Below are positions 21,211-31,665 of a DNA stretch of 64,000 nucleotides, piece by piece. The notes under the pieces were generated by a model, which did no database searches, was not told the DNA's origin, and saw only the letters and a program-made list of their open reading frames with translations. The translations under genes were made by a program, and so were the position numbers. The number at the start of each line of letters is the position of its first letter. Position 1 is the stretch's first letter. Source of the DNA: Cyanobacteriota bacterium. GTDB taxonomy: Bacteria > Cyanobacteriota > Cyanobacteriia > Thermostichales > Thermostichaceae. The stretch is from contig JANRIL010000042.1 of the NCBI GenBank assembly GCA_033764955.1, positions 64,001 to 128,000 on the forward strand, in the 5' to 3' direction.

Positions 21211-22638
21211 ATGACCTCACCAGATCACCCACTGGATCATCCATCTGATCATCGAATTGAGCGTGACTCAATGGGGGAGCGGCAGCTTCCCAACCATGTT
21301 TATTACGGGATCCAAACCTTAAGGGCTATCGAAAACTTTCCGATTAGTGGAATCAAGCCCTTGCCCATCTATGTTGACGCCTGTTTGCTGATCAAAAAGG
21401 CTGCTGCTCAAATCAATGCCCATTTGGGTTGCATTCCAGATCAGGTGGGATGGGCGATTGTGCAGGCTGTCGATGATATCTATGGACAGGCTAGCTGGCG
21501 GGATCAATTTGTGGTGGATATCTATCAGGCGGGGGCAGGCACCTCCCACCACATGAATGTCAATGAGGTTTTGGCCAATCGCGCCCTAGAATTGCTGGGA
21601 GATCAAAAGGGCAATTATCAACGCATTAATCCCAATGATCACGTCAACTATGGACAGTCTACCAACGATGTGATTCCGACGGCGATTCGTTTGGCGGCTT
21701 TGCTGACCCTTTATCAACGGCTGCTCCCCACCCTAGTCCGCCTGACTGAAACCCTCCGAGGCAAAGCCCAACAATTTCGAGACATCATCAAGGCAGGACG
21801 CACCCACTTGCAGGACGCCGTTCCGGTGCGCTTGGGAGATGAATTTGCAGCCTATGCCTGGATTATTCAAGATCATCACCGCCTCATCTCCCAGGCTGCT
21901 TTGGAGTTGGAATGGATGGGGCTAGGGGGAAGTGCCGTGGGAACGGGGGTGAATACCCATCCCGAATATCGGGATGATGTAGTGGCTCGCCTAGCCGCCC
22001 TCACAGGATTCAATCTCAAGCCTGCTAATCACTTTATGGCGGCGATGCAAAGCATGGCTCCTTTTGTTCATTTGTCGGGGTGTTTACGCAATCTGGCTCA
22101 AGACAGTCTTAAGATTGCCAATGACCTGCGCCTGATGGATTCAGGGCCGACCACAGGGCTGAAAGAAATTCAACTGCCACCGGTACAGCCGGGATCCTCG
22201 ATTATGCCGGGGAAGTATAACCCTGTCATGGCAGAAATGCTGAATATGGTTTGTTTTCAGGTAATGGGATTAGACAGTGCTATCGGCATGGCGGCACAGG
22301 CTGGACAGTTTGAACTGAACGTGATGATGCCCTTGATTGCCTACGATCTGCTGCACAGTTTAGAGATTCTCAGCAACGCCCTAGAGGCTTTTCGGGAGCG
22401 CTGCCTGGAGGGTATTACGGCGATGCCCCAACGATGCCAAGCTTATGCCGAAAGTACCCTTTCGTTGGTGACGGCTCTCAATCCCCACATTGGTTATCTA
22501 AATGCGGCTGAAGTCGCCAAAACTGCTCTAGCGACCGGGCGCACCATTCGAGAGGTCGTCCTAGAGCGAGGCTTGATGAGTGAGGAGGAACTCGCCACAA
22601 TTTTGGATCTGGCAACCATGAGCCAGAGCTTCTGGTGA
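21211..22638 (+). CDS. aspA: Aspartate ammonia-lyase / class II fumarase family lyase
   Basis: RIERDSMG, QAGAGTSHHMN, GQSTND, GRTHLQDA, GSSIMPGKYNP; substrate (aspartate vs fumarate) not decidable by eye. Confidence 0.8.
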   Translation: MTSPDHPLDHPSDHRIERDSMGERQLPNHVYYGIQTLRAIENFPISGIKPLPIYVDACLLIKKAAAQINAHLGCIPDQVGWAIVQAVDDIYGQASWRDQFVVDIYQAGAGTSHHMNVNEVLANRALELLGDQKGNYQRINPNDHVNYGQSTNDVIPTAIRLAALLTLYQRLLPTLVRLTETLRGKAQQFRDIIKAGRTHLQDAVPVRLGDEFAAYAWIIQDHHRLISQAALELEWMGLGGSAVGTGVNTHPEYRDDVVARLAALTGFNLKPANHFMAAMQSMAPFVHLSGCLRNLAQDSLKIANDLRLMDSGPTTGLKEIQLPPVQPGSSIMPGKYNPVMAEMLNMVCFQVMGLDSAIGMAAQAGQFELNVMMPLIAYDLLHSLEILSNALEAFRERCLEGITAMPQRCQAYAESTLSLVTALNPHIGYLNAAEVAKTALATGRTIREVVLERGLMSEEELATILDLATMSQSFW

Positions 22639-22716
22639 GCTTTTAAATTCTCACAGAATTACAGCTTGCTCACGAATTATCTATGACACGCAAGGGATCC
22701 GACTCCCCGCAAATCC

Positions 22717-22762
22717 CTCCTAACAAGAGGGACTTTACATCCGCGTTCCCTCTTGTTAGGAG
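22717..22762. repeat. Perfect 16-bp inverted repeat between convergent genes (REP-like element or terminator)
   Basis: CTCCTAACAAGAGGGA (22717-22732) and TCCCTCTTGTTAGGAG (22747-22762), 14-nt loop. Confidence 0.8.
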
Positions 22763-22961
22763 AAGCTACGGCTATCGCCACGCCGCGGGAAAGGGTAGAT
22801 CTTAGGCCATAACAGACAACTCCTGAATAGGCCATATCGATAAAAAATAGAGGGATCCCACTCCCTAAGTCATGTCTATCTGGCAATAGATGATACGGAT
22901 AGATCATCTAGATCATCGTCCAGATCGTTCATACTGATCATTTTGGGATCCCTAGAGGGGG

Positions 22962-23333
22962 TCAATCATCAACTCGTTCTAGTTTAATGTTGTGATTACC
23001 CAGTTTAATCTCAAACTCATCTCCGGGCTGTAGGTTCATCTTTTTGGTGTAGGCAGCACCGATCAAAAGGTTGCCATTCTTATGAACTGAAACCTTGTAG
23101 GTGGGAGTGCGCCCGCGGGAACCGGATTCATCATTGGCATCGAGATCGACTCCAACCGCTTGAATGAGCGCATTGGTAAATTGCATCAAATTGACTCGTT
23201 CTTGTCCATTCTTGGTCTTGGTAACATAACCACAGGCTCTGGCTTTTTCCTTGCGGTCGGCCTTTTCCATGGATGTGACTTTATCTAAGAGTTCTTGACC
23301 GATGAGGGGCTTACTCTTGGTGTTTGTTGCCAT
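22962..23333 (-). CDS. Cyanobacterial AbrB-like transcription regulator (cyAbrB)
   Basis: ARACGYV, GRTPTYKVSVHKNGNLLIGAAYT, PGDEFEIKLG. Confidence 0.93.
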   Translation of the reverse strand: MATNTKSKPLIGQELLDKVTSMEKADRKEKARACGYVTKTKNGQERVNLMQFTNALIQAVGVDLDANDESGSRGRTPTYKVSVHKNGNLLIGAAYTKKMNLQPGDEFEIKLGNHNIKLERVDD

Positions 23334-23774
23334 ATTGTGAATAACTTAGAGAACAATTGCTAGTTTAACGATAGGGAAGGATCCCAGGCAAGATCACATC
23401 TGCAAAAATCAAATCTTTTTTTGATGAATAACAGTAAAGTTGGTCTTCTGCCGCTAAAACAGCGCAATATAGCACTGCCAAATAGCCTTTAACGCTGATA
23501 AAAGATTTATAATCCTTCCATCAGAGATGTCTGGGATCGGGTTAATTCTGGGCTAGTCTGATTCCTCTCTGAATAAAGAGGGAGATTCTCGTGACGAGGC
23601 GGGCATGAGTGGAGGGTGATAACAGAGTGGCTTTACCGCATTTGAGCCCGGATCCCTAGCCGAAAGTTGGCATCGCTTCTGCATGATTGGATAGGCTGAA
23701 AGTCGCTCTGGGAAACTGCTTATAAAAGGTTAGCCCTGTTTTGCTTGCTTTGCTTTTAGCTCTAGACTCGATAA

Positions 23775-25034
23775 GTGCGGGTAGGCAACTCATCAGTCAA
23801 GGAGGGTTTTCGGGTGAGAGAATTTTGGCAAGGGCGACGAATTTTGGTCGGGGTATGTGGGGGAATTGCCGCCTACAAGACCTGCCAACTCGTTTCGGCT
23901 TTAGCTCAAGAAGAGGCCCAACTGCGGGTTATCCTCACCGGCAGTGGGGAGTCTTTTGTATCCCCTCTTACTTTCGCAGCCCTCAGTCGCCATTCCGCCT
24001 ATACAGATCGGGACTTTTGGCACTACCAATCAGGGCGTCCTTTGCATATTGAGTTGGCAGAATGGGCTGAAGTCATCCTGTTGACTCCACTAACAGCAAA
24101 TACGCTGGCAAAAATTGCCCTCGGTCTGGCCGATAATTTATTAACCAATGTCCTGTTGGCCAGCACTTCTCCGGTTTTACTGGCTCCGGCCATGAATACA
24201 GAAATGTGGAAAGCTCCCCCTGTGCAGCGTCATTGGCAGGATCTATTAAATAATCCGCGCTTCTGGGGTCTGTCACCAACCCGTGGGCGTTTGGCCTGTG
24301 ATTCGGTAGGTGAGGGGCGGATGGCGGAACCAGCATTTTTGCAGGCAGCTTTATTCGCTTTATTGTGGACAAATGGCCAGAAAGATTGGCAGGGGCGGTG
24401 CTTGTTGATCAGTGGAGGAGGCACCCGTGAATCCATCGATAGGGTGCGTTTTATTGGCAATCCTGCCTCCGGTAAAATGGGATTTGCCCTCGCTGAGGCT
24501 GCTATGTTGCGAGGGGCAACCGTGATTTGGATCCATGCTGGGGATCCCTTGCCAGATATTCCGGGAGTGATGGGGCACGTGGTAACCACGGCGTCTGAGA
24601 TGCACCAAGCCCTAGCGGAATACTTCCCGCAGGTAGATCTGTTGATCATGGCGGCGGCGGTGGGGGATGTCCGTCCCCGTTATCCAGCTAGCGGCAAACT
24701 GCCTAAAGCCGATCTGCCTTTATCGTTAGATCTCGAATTGATTCCAGATATCTTGCAGGATTTAGTCAGCCGCAAACGGCCTCAACAAAAAGTCATTGGC
24801 TTTGCTGCCCAAACAGGGGATCCCCTGCCGGCTGCCCTAGAAAAGCTAACCCGCAAAGGCTTGGATGCAATAGTGGCTAACCCCATTGATCAGCCCGATG
24901 CTGGCTTTGCTAGCTCTTTTAACCAGGGGGTTTGGTTGACGGCTAGTGGAGAAAGCCAAGGGATCCCTTATACCAGCAAGCAAGCGATGGCTCACCGCAT
25001 TCTCGATTTGGCTGGGCAACTTGAGAAACCCTAG
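23775..25034 (+). CDS. coaBC: Bifunctional phosphopantothenoylcysteine decarboxylase/ligase
   Basis: GGIAAYK, HIELAEWAE, PAMNTEMW, GRLACD, GGTRESIDRVRFIGNPASGKMG, GFAAQT. Confidence 0.96.
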   Translation: MRVGNSSVKEGFRVREFWQGRRILVGVCGGIAAYKTCQLVSALAQEEAQLRVILTGSGESFVSPLTFAALSRHSAYTDRDFWHYQSGRPLHIELAEWAEVILLTPLTANTLAKIALGLADNLLTNVLLASTSPVLLAPAMNTEMWKAPPVQRHWQDLLNNPRFWGLSPTRGRLACDSVGEGRMAEPAFLQAALFALLWTNGQKDWQGRCLLISGGGTRESIDRVRFIGNPASGKMGFALAEAAMLRGATVIWIHAGDPLPDIPGVMGHVVTTASEMHQALAEYFPQVDLLIMAAAVGDVRPRYPASGKLPKADLPLSLDLELIPDILQDLVSRKRPQQKVIGFAAQTGDPLPAALEKLTRKGLDAIVANPIDQPDAGFASSFNQGVWLTASGESQGIPYTSKQAMAHRILDLAGQLEKP

Positions 25035-25081
25035 GATTAGGAAGGTTGGCGGGATTGTTTTATTAAGTTCAGATCTTTTAG

Positions 25082-27691
25082 CTAGGCTGGCGTCGCTTCG
25101 TCAGACGGCGATTTGGCTTGGCTTTCTAGGGCGCTCAGACGGCTGAGCAGATCCACATGGGTCTGTTTGAGCTGGGTCAATTCCTCCCGCAGTTGTTGTA
25201 GAGCTGGATCGTTGCCCATTTGGGCTTGCACCTGACGGATGGCTTCCGCGACACGGCGGCTGATCCGACCATCCTGGCTATCCATACTCTGCAAGATGCT
25301 GATGGCTTGGGGGGTTTTCAGTTGGCTCAGGGCTGTCACCACCGCGATTTGGATAAAGAAAAAATCCTCCCGCGCCAGTTCCCGCAACCGCTCGATGATG
25401 CGGGGCTGATCCTGTTGGGAAGCATAGGTTCCCAGAGCGCGAATGGCCGCTAGGCGTAAGGGTTGAGAAGTACCGGAGCTGGTCAGACTGAGCAACACTT
25501 CCAAGGCGGGGGGGGAGTCCTTGAGATGGGCTAGACCCGCCACCACTCCTGCCCGTACCACCTCATTCCAGCCTACTTTCTCGGCTAACGCCTGCCGAAA
25601 GATCTCGACAACCTCTGTCGCTTCCGGTTGCCGCTCCACACTACCACCAGCAATTTTGCCCAGAGCAGTGGCGGCGGCGGCTTCCACCTGATAGCTGGGA
25701 TCCCCGATTTGCAGGAAGGGCCGAATCTGTTCAAAATGGTCACGGCTTTTCTGTTGAGCCAGGGCTTGGATAGCTGCTTTGCGAACCTGCGGGCTAGGGT
25801 CGGCGAGAGCTTGGGATACAACAGCAAATGCCTGTTGCAAGGTGATCGTGCCCAAAGCCCCACAAATCTCTTGCCGCACAGGCCAAAAGGTCTCTTGCCC
25901 TAGCCCTAATTGCAGAGCCTTGACCGCCTCTAATCCACCTTTTTTCGCTATCGCTTGAGCCGCCAGAATCCGCGAAATCGGATCCGGATCCCAGAGCAAT
26001 TGGGCTTTTAGTTCGGGTAGAGCATAGGTCAGTTCTACCGTTTTGAGGGTGTGATTACCGTGATCAAAGCTGATCCATTCTGGTTTAGTTTCTAAAGGAA
26101 AGTAAAAACTCTGTTCCGCCTCTTGAATCCGCACCGTAAAGGATTTGAGACGTTTCCCCTGTTCATAACCAAAAGCAATCGGGATCCGCAGATCAAACAA
26201 CGTATCTGCCCCTTGTGTCTGGGCAACCGTCACTTTCGCTAGCTTAGTTTCGGAATCCCAACTATAAGAAACTTTGTAGTCAGGGTGTCCTCCCCGAAAG
26301 ACATATTGGTCAAATAGGGGAGAGAGATTCTGTCCCGTTGCTTGATCAATAGCACGAAGTAAATCAACCGTTTCCACCGTTTGATGGGCATATTTTTGAA
26401 CAAAGATTTGGATGGCTTTTTTGAATAGATCATCGCCCAATTGCTGGCGAATCATGTGATAGACACATCCACCCTTTTGATAAATGTGACAGTCATACAA
26501 TTCGATGGCATCTTTATAAATGTGAGTGACCATGGGACGGCGATAGCGACTGCGATCTTCCTCCAGATAAGCTTGTTGATCCTGATAGCGATGATAGCTG
26601 GCCTCCTGTTGTCCATTGGCAAATTCTTCCCAAAGCGTCTCCGCATAAGTCGCCATCCCTTCTTTAATCCAGGCGTGAGACCAGTGCTTGATCACCAACA
26701 AATCACCGAACCATTGATGAGCCAACTCATGAGCCACCAAAGATTCTGTCCAAAAATAGTCGAGAGCAGCTCGTTCATCCAGCAAACAGCGATCCGTTAA
26801 CAGTGTGGCTGAGGTGTTTTCCATGCCTCCAAAAATGAAATCAGCTACGCAAACCTGAGCATATTTTGGATAGGGATAGGGATAGCCAAAAACAGTCGAA
26901 AAGAACTCGATCATCGCCGGAGTTTTGCCCATAGAACGGGTCACATCACCGAGACGATTTTTCTCGACATAATAGGTGACAGGTTTTTCTCGCCAGTAAT
27001 CCACCACCTCGGCAAAATCTCCCACTGCCAAAGTCATGAGATAGGTGGGATGAACCTCTTGCTGGTGCCAATGGTAGCGGCTATAGCCATTGGCAAGGGA
27101 TGTTTGGCTAATTAGCGTTCCATTAGAAATAACTCGATAGGGATTCGCTACGGTGACGATGATTTCGGAGGTGGCTAGCTGTCCAGGATAATCGAAACAA
27201 GGAAACCAAAAACGAGAATCTTCATCTTCCCCTTGCGTCCACACTTGCCTGGGTTTGTCAGGATAATCGGAGGTAGGATAAATAAAATAAATTCCCCGTG
27301 TTGGCTGTTCAACTGCGTAGGTAATCGTTAGGGTTAGAAGCTGACCCATTGCTGTTGGTTGAGTCAGGTAAATTTCTAGGATTTTTCCGTCATAGTCAAA
27401 TGTCTGGATTTGTTGGTTAACCTGCACGGCTTGCACATCGAGATGAACCGCATCCAACGTCAAGGTCGTTATCCCCGACCGAATCGGGTTGAGGCGAATT
27501 TGACAGATGCCCGCCACCCGTTGCTGTTCTAAATCAAGAGTGAGATCCAGCCGGATATGCTCTACCTGTCCAGGTCGATCCGGCGTGTAGTGGGGGCGGG
27601 ATCCCGGTAGGGCAAAGGGCTTTGAGTGGCTTTCCCCATCCCCCACAAGTCCAAATGCAGCATGCCAGAGGTGGAAATGGGGTTGGCTCAT
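25082..27691 (-). CDS. M1-family zinc aminopeptidase with C-terminal HEAT repeats
   Basis: GGMEN, HELAHQWFG...WIKEG, HEAT-like repeats and coiled-coil tail. Confidence 0.93.
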   Translation of the reverse strand: MSQPHFHLWHAAFGLVGDGESHSKPFALPGSRPHYTPDRPGQVEHIRLDLTLDLEQQRVAGICQIRLNPIRSGITTLTLDAVHLDVQAVQVNQQIQTFDYDGKILEIYLTQPTAMGQLLTLTITYAVEQPTRGIYFIYPTSDYPDKPRQVWTQGEDEDSRFWFPCFDYPGQLATSEIIVTVANPYRVISNGTLISQTSLANGYSRYHWHQQEVHPTYLMTLAVGDFAEVVDYWREKPVTYYVEKNRLGDVTRSMGKTPAMIEFFSTVFGYPYPYPKYAQVCVADFIFGGMENTSATLLTDRCLLDERAALDYFWTESLVAHELAHQWFGDLLVIKHWSHAWIKEGMATYAETLWEEFANGQQEASYHRYQDQQAYLEEDRSRYRRPMVTHIYKDAIELYDCHIYQKGGCVYHMIRQQLGDDLFKKAIQIFVQKYAHQTVETVDLLRAIDQATGQNLSPLFDQYVFRGGHPDYKVSYSWDSETKLAKVTVAQTQGADTLFDLRIPIAFGYEQGKRLKSFTVRIQEAEQSFYFPLETKPEWISFDHGNHTLKTVELTYALPELKAQLLWDPDPISRILAAQAIAKKGGLEAVKALQLGLGQETFWPVRQEICGALGTITLQQAFAVVSQALADPSPQVRKAAIQALAQQKSRDHFEQIRPFLQIGDPSYQVEAAAATALGKIAGGSVERQPEATEVVEIFRQALAEKVGWNEVVRAGVVAGLAHLKDSPPALEVLLSLTSSGTSQPLRLAAIRALGTYASQQDQPRIIERLRELAREDFFFIQIAVVTALSQLKTPQAISILQSMDSQDGRISRRVAEAIRQVQAQMGNDPALQQLREELTQLKQTHVDLLSRLSALESQAKSPSDEATPA

Positions 27692-27725
27692 AGGGGGTAA
27701 AGGTGAATCAACGTGCTTTCTAATT

Positions 27726-27762
27726 ATGCCAGCCGTCATGCCAGCCCGTTATGCCAGCCCGC
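27726..27762. repeat. Three tandem imperfect 12-13 bp direct repeats
   Basis: ATGCCAGCCGTC / ATGCCAGCCCGTT / ATGCCAGCCCGC in a divergent intergenic region. Confidence 0.75.
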
Positions 27763-27905
27763 TTGTCTCTTGGGATAGCCAGGGGATCCTCAAAATGGTC
27801 ATGTTGTTGCGGAATGCGTAACGAAGCCTCCTCTCCCGATCCAGCAGGGCATGATCACGGGCAATGGGATCCCATCACTGCCATATCCCACGGAGGAACT
27901 GAACT

Positions 27906-29723
27906 ATGCGAAACCTTTCATCTCCAGCCCACGGTTTTCCCCGCCTGTTCCTAGGGTTGAGTTTTGGGATCCTCACGTTATCCAGTTGTGTGCCTACTGA
28001 AGAATGGGATGCCGAATTCCCCCCGCCCCTTAGACAAGAGCGCTCAGCGGTTCAGGTTATTCCAGCTATCCCAGGCGCCGGTTCCACCGCATCTGTTGCC
28101 GTTGCTCCCACTCAACAGCCACCCCAGGCCGAATCGAATGCCCTTGACCGTCGGGATCAAGCGCTTTCCCTGGGATCCCTGCACCCTGCTGAGATGCCAC
28201 TCTCCCCTCCGCTCTCCGCAGAAAATAAAGTCAGCCTACCTGCTCCCTACCCCACCCCCCTGATGGAAGGAACAAGCGGCGAGGGCTATCACTCACTACC
28301 AGAACAGGGCTTTCAATTAGCCGCTAATAGCCCCCTTTCCACCTTTGCGATTGATGTCGATACGGCATCCTACAGCAATGTCCGCCGCTTTTTATTGGAT
28401 GGACAAATTCCCCCGGCTGAAGCTGTTCGCATCGAAGAAATGATCAACTACTTCGACTATGACTATCCTGATCCCGAAGGGGATCCCTTTGCTTTAGTTA
28501 CCGAAATATCCCAAACCCCTTGGAACCCACAACACCACTTAGTCCATATTGGGCTACAAGGAAAACGTCTCAATCTCCAGGAGATCCCGGCCAATAATTT
28601 GGTGTTTTTGGTGGATGTTTCTGGTTCGATGGCCGATCCATTAAAGCTGCCACTGCTCAAGTCGGCTTTCCAATCATTAGTCGAGCAACTTCGTCCTCAG
28701 GATCACGTCAGCATCGTAGTCTATGCCGGAGCTGCCGGAGTCGTTTTGGATCCCACTTCGGGCAATCAGAAAAGCGCTATCCTAGCAGCTCTCAATCGTC
28801 TAGAAGCGGGGGGATCCACCGCCGGAGGAGCGGGGATCCAATTGGCTTATGATCTGGCGCGTCAACATTTTATTAAGGGTGGAAACAACCGCGTTATTTT
28901 AGCCACGGATGGTGACTTTAATGTCGGATTGAGCAGTGATTCAGAATTGATCACACTGATTGAAAAGGAACGAAAAGACAATATTTTTTTGACAGTTTTG
29001 GGTTTCGGAACAGGCAATCTTCAGGATGGAAAAATGGAGCAACTGGCTAATCATGGCAATGGTAATTACGCTTATATTGATAGCCTGCAAGAAGCCAAAA
29101 AAGTTGTCGTGAGCGAATTGGGAGCAAACCTAGTCACCCTAGCCAAAGATGTCAAACTGCAAATCGAATTTAACCCCGCCCATGTCAAAGCCTACCGTTT
29201 AATTGGCTATGAAAATCGCCTGTTAGCGAATGAAGACTTTCATGATGATCAAAAAGACGCCGGGGAACTAGGGGCAGGACATTCCGTAACCGCCCTCTAC
29301 GAAATCGTTCCCGTGGGCAGTGAATCCGATGCCCTTCTCCCCTCTGTAGATAGTCTGCGCTACCAACAACCTGTCCCTTCTGCCAAGGTTAGGCAAGAAG
29401 AATTGCTGTGGCTCAAACTACGCTACCAACAGCCCACTGCCACTCAATCTCAGTTGCTAACGGTGGCGTTGCCTAATCAGGTTGCCCCCCTCACTCAAAC
29501 CTCCGATAACTTCCGCTTTTCCGCCGCCGTCGCCGCTTTTGCCATGATCCTCCGGGGATCCCCTTATATTGAGGATACCTCCCTATCAATGGTGGAAGCA
29601 TGGGCTAGTGATAGCCTCGGATCGGATACCGCCGGTTATCGCCGCGAGTTTTTGCAATTGCTGGATCGTTATGCTGAGTTGCGTATGGTGCAAGATCGGA
29701 GCCGCTCAAGATTTCAAGGCTAG
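27906..29723 (+). CDS. YfbK-like vWA-domain lipoprotein
   Basis: Lipobox LSSC; PLSTFAIDVDTASY, MIDAS DVSGS, ATDGDFNVG, YRLIGYENR, DAGELGAGH. Confidence 0.9.
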   Translation: MRNLSSPAHGFPRLFLGLSFGILTLSSCVPTEEWDAEFPPPLRQERSAVQVIPAIPGAGSTASVAVAPTQQPPQAESNALDRRDQALSLGSLHPAEMPLSPPLSAENKVSLPAPYPTPLMEGTSGEGYHSLPEQGFQLAANSPLSTFAIDVDTASYSNVRRFLLDGQIPPAEAVRIEEMINYFDYDYPDPEGDPFALVTEISQTPWNPQHHLVHIGLQGKRLNLQEIPANNLVFLVDVSGSMADPLKLPLLKSAFQSLVEQLRPQDHVSIVVYAGAAGVVLDPTSGNQKSAILAALNRLEAGGSTAGGAGIQLAYDLARQHFIKGGNNRVILATDGDFNVGLSSDSELITLIEKERKDNIFLTVLGFGTGNLQDGKMEQLANHGNGNYAYIDSLQEAKKVVVSELGANLVTLAKDVKLQIEFNPAHVKAYRLIGYENRLLANEDFHDDQKDAGELGAGHSVTALYEIVPVGSESDALLPSVDSLRYQQPVPSAKVRQEELLWLKLRYQQPTATQSQLLTVALPNQVAPLTQTSDNFRFSAAVAAFAMILRGSPYIEDTSLSMVEAWASDSLGSDTAGYRREFLQLLDRYAELRMVQDRSRSRFQG

Positions 29724-30257
29724 CTAGAATTCGCGGGTATCCAGCTTTTCAATCTGGGGACGAATATCATTTAGATCAATATAGCGATCAGTGGCATTTC
29801 GCAGTTCACGGGCAATCATTCCCTCCGTAGAAACCACTGTGATCAGGGTGTTTCGTCCCCTTAATAACTCAATAGCACGTTCAAAATCTCCGTCTCCACT
29901 AAATAAAACCATTTGATTGTATTGATCGACGGTGTTAAACATATCCACAACAATTTCAATATCTAAATTAGCCTTTTGAGAATAACGACCTGAATCTTCA
30001 TCTCGATATTCTTTGAGGAGTTTGGTACGAACCGTAAATCCCAGACTAATCAAGGCATCTCGAAAAGCTCGCTGATCATGTTGATCTTTAATCCCTGTAT
30101 ACCAAAAAGCATTGATCAATTCTACATTAGGGTTTGAACGAGCAAAATGATGGAGAACCCGCCGTGGATCAAAAAACCAGCCATTTTTTTGCTGGGCATA
30201 AAACATATTATTGCCATCGATAAAGATAGAAACTCGATTAACGGGAAAGTGAGTCAT
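29724..30257 (-). CDS. LabA/DUF88 (NYN domain) protein
   Basis: IFIDGNN, KANLDIEIVVDM, FSGDGDF. Confidence 0.9.
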   Translation of the reverse strand: MTHFPVNRVSIFIDGNNMFYAQQKNGWFFDPRRVLHHFARSNPNVELINAFWYTGIKDQHDQRAFRDALISLGFTVRTKLLKEYRDEDSGRYSQKANLDIEIVVDMFNTVDQYNQMVLFSGDGDFERAIELLRGRNTLITVVSTEGMIARELRNATDRYIDLNDIRPQIEKLDTREF

Positions 30258-30388
30258 AATCTTAAAGCCGTGGGTGTGAGAAATAGCGAATCAATTTTCT
30301 AGACTGTTGATCTCAATATCCAGTGAGTAGTCATGAAGCATGAACCCAGCTATTGATAACATCTAACTGGTGATATCTATAACAAGAG

Positions 30389-31375
30389 TTACGTAGCGAG
30401 AGCTGAAGCTGGGATTGAAGCCAACAAAGGAAATCCTTGCTCAGTCCGCTGTTGCACATAAAGCTCAGCTACTCGCCGTGCCATATTTCTGATTCTGCCA
30501 ATATAACGTGTCCGCTCCGTAACCGCGATTACCCCCCGTGCATCTAGCATATTAAAAGTATGCGAGCATTTCAAAACATAGTCAAAGGCAGGCAAAATAG
30601 CATAGACAGGATGAGGGGTGTCCCTCTGATCATTCTGCTTATTAGATAATAAATCGCCAGCTAAATTATCGGCTGAAAACATGTGTAATAATCGTTGAGC
30701 TTCGGCTTCATATTGAGCAAATAATTGCAATAACATTTGTGGATCAGATAGCTCAAAATTATAGCGAGAATGCTCCGCCTCTCCCTGATGGTGAACCTGT
30801 CCATAGGAAACCTTTCCCATAACAGGATGCTCATTCCAAATAATATCGTAGACGGAATTCACATTCTGCAAATACATAGTAAGACGTTCCAATCCGTAGG
30901 TAATTTCCACTGAAACAGGGCGACAATCCAAACCTCCAGCTTGTTGAAAATAGGTAAACTGGGTTACTTCCATGCCATCTAGCCAAACTTCCCAGCCCAC
31001 CCCCCAAGCTCCTAATGTTGGGGATTCCCAGTCATCTTCTACAAAACGAATATCGTGATCGGCAGGGTCAATGCCTAAGCTACGCAGACTGTCTAAATAT
31101 AAATCTAAAATATTGTCTACCGAAGGTTTAATTAAAACCTGATATTGATAATAATGTTGCAGACGATTGGGATTTTCACCGTAACGACCATCGCTGGGAC
31201 GACGACAAGGCTCAACGTAAGCCACTCGCCACGGTTCTGGACCTAAAGCCCGCAGAAACGTATGGGGACTCATCGTACCTGCCCCTTTTTCCATGTCATA
31301 GGGCTGTACGATTAAGCAACCCTCCTGACTCCAAAATTGATGCAGACGAAAAATAAGGTTTTGAAAATTTAACAT
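30389..31375 (-). CDS. glyQ: Glycine--tRNA ligase alpha subunit
   Basis: [49 protein letters not shown]. Confidence 0.97.
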   Translation of the reverse strand: MLNFQNLIFRLHQFWSQEGCLIVQPYDMEKGAGTMSPHTFLRALGPEPWRVAYVEPCRRPSDGRYGENPNRLQHYYQYQVLIKPSVDNILDLYLDSLRSLGIDPADHDIRFVEDDWESPTLGAWGVGWEVWLDGMEVTQFTYFQQAGGLDCRPVSVEITYGLERLTMYLQNVNSVYDIIWNEHPVMGKVSYGQVHHQGEAEHSRYNFELSDPQMLLQLFAQYEAEAQRLLHMFSADNLAGDLLSNKQNDQRDTPHPVYAILPAFDYVLKCSHTFNMLDARGVIAVTERTRYIGRIRNMARRVAELYVQQRTEQGFPLLASIPASALAT

Positions 31376-31665
31376 GCTAATAAAATGAGAGGCGGAACGT
31401 TAGCAAAACAGAGGTCAGGGGAGCCCGATATTCATCACACTTATCACATTTATCCATATCCATTGCCTATTGACATTCCTTTCATCCATTGGCTCAAGGT
31501 AAACTGACGGCAGCCAAGCAGCGCCAATCCATAAACCAACTGCGGCTGTCAACTGGGTAGCCAGGAAGTCGGGATCCCTCCCTATTCAGCAAGTTCTGAG
31601 ATAACCCCCAGCCTTCTATTTTAGCGTCTATGGGAATTTAGAATGGAGCTACCCTCGCTTGGCTA

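Noticed and set aside
22899..22945. Cluster of AGATC(A/G)T repeats downstream of cyAbrB
   Set aside because: Short and irregular, explainable by the genome-wide GATC bias.
29724..30257. NYN-domain protein as a toxin or defence nuclease
   Set aside because: Matches the conserved cyanobacterial LabA/DUF88 type, sits beside glyQ, and has no antitoxin or mobile context.
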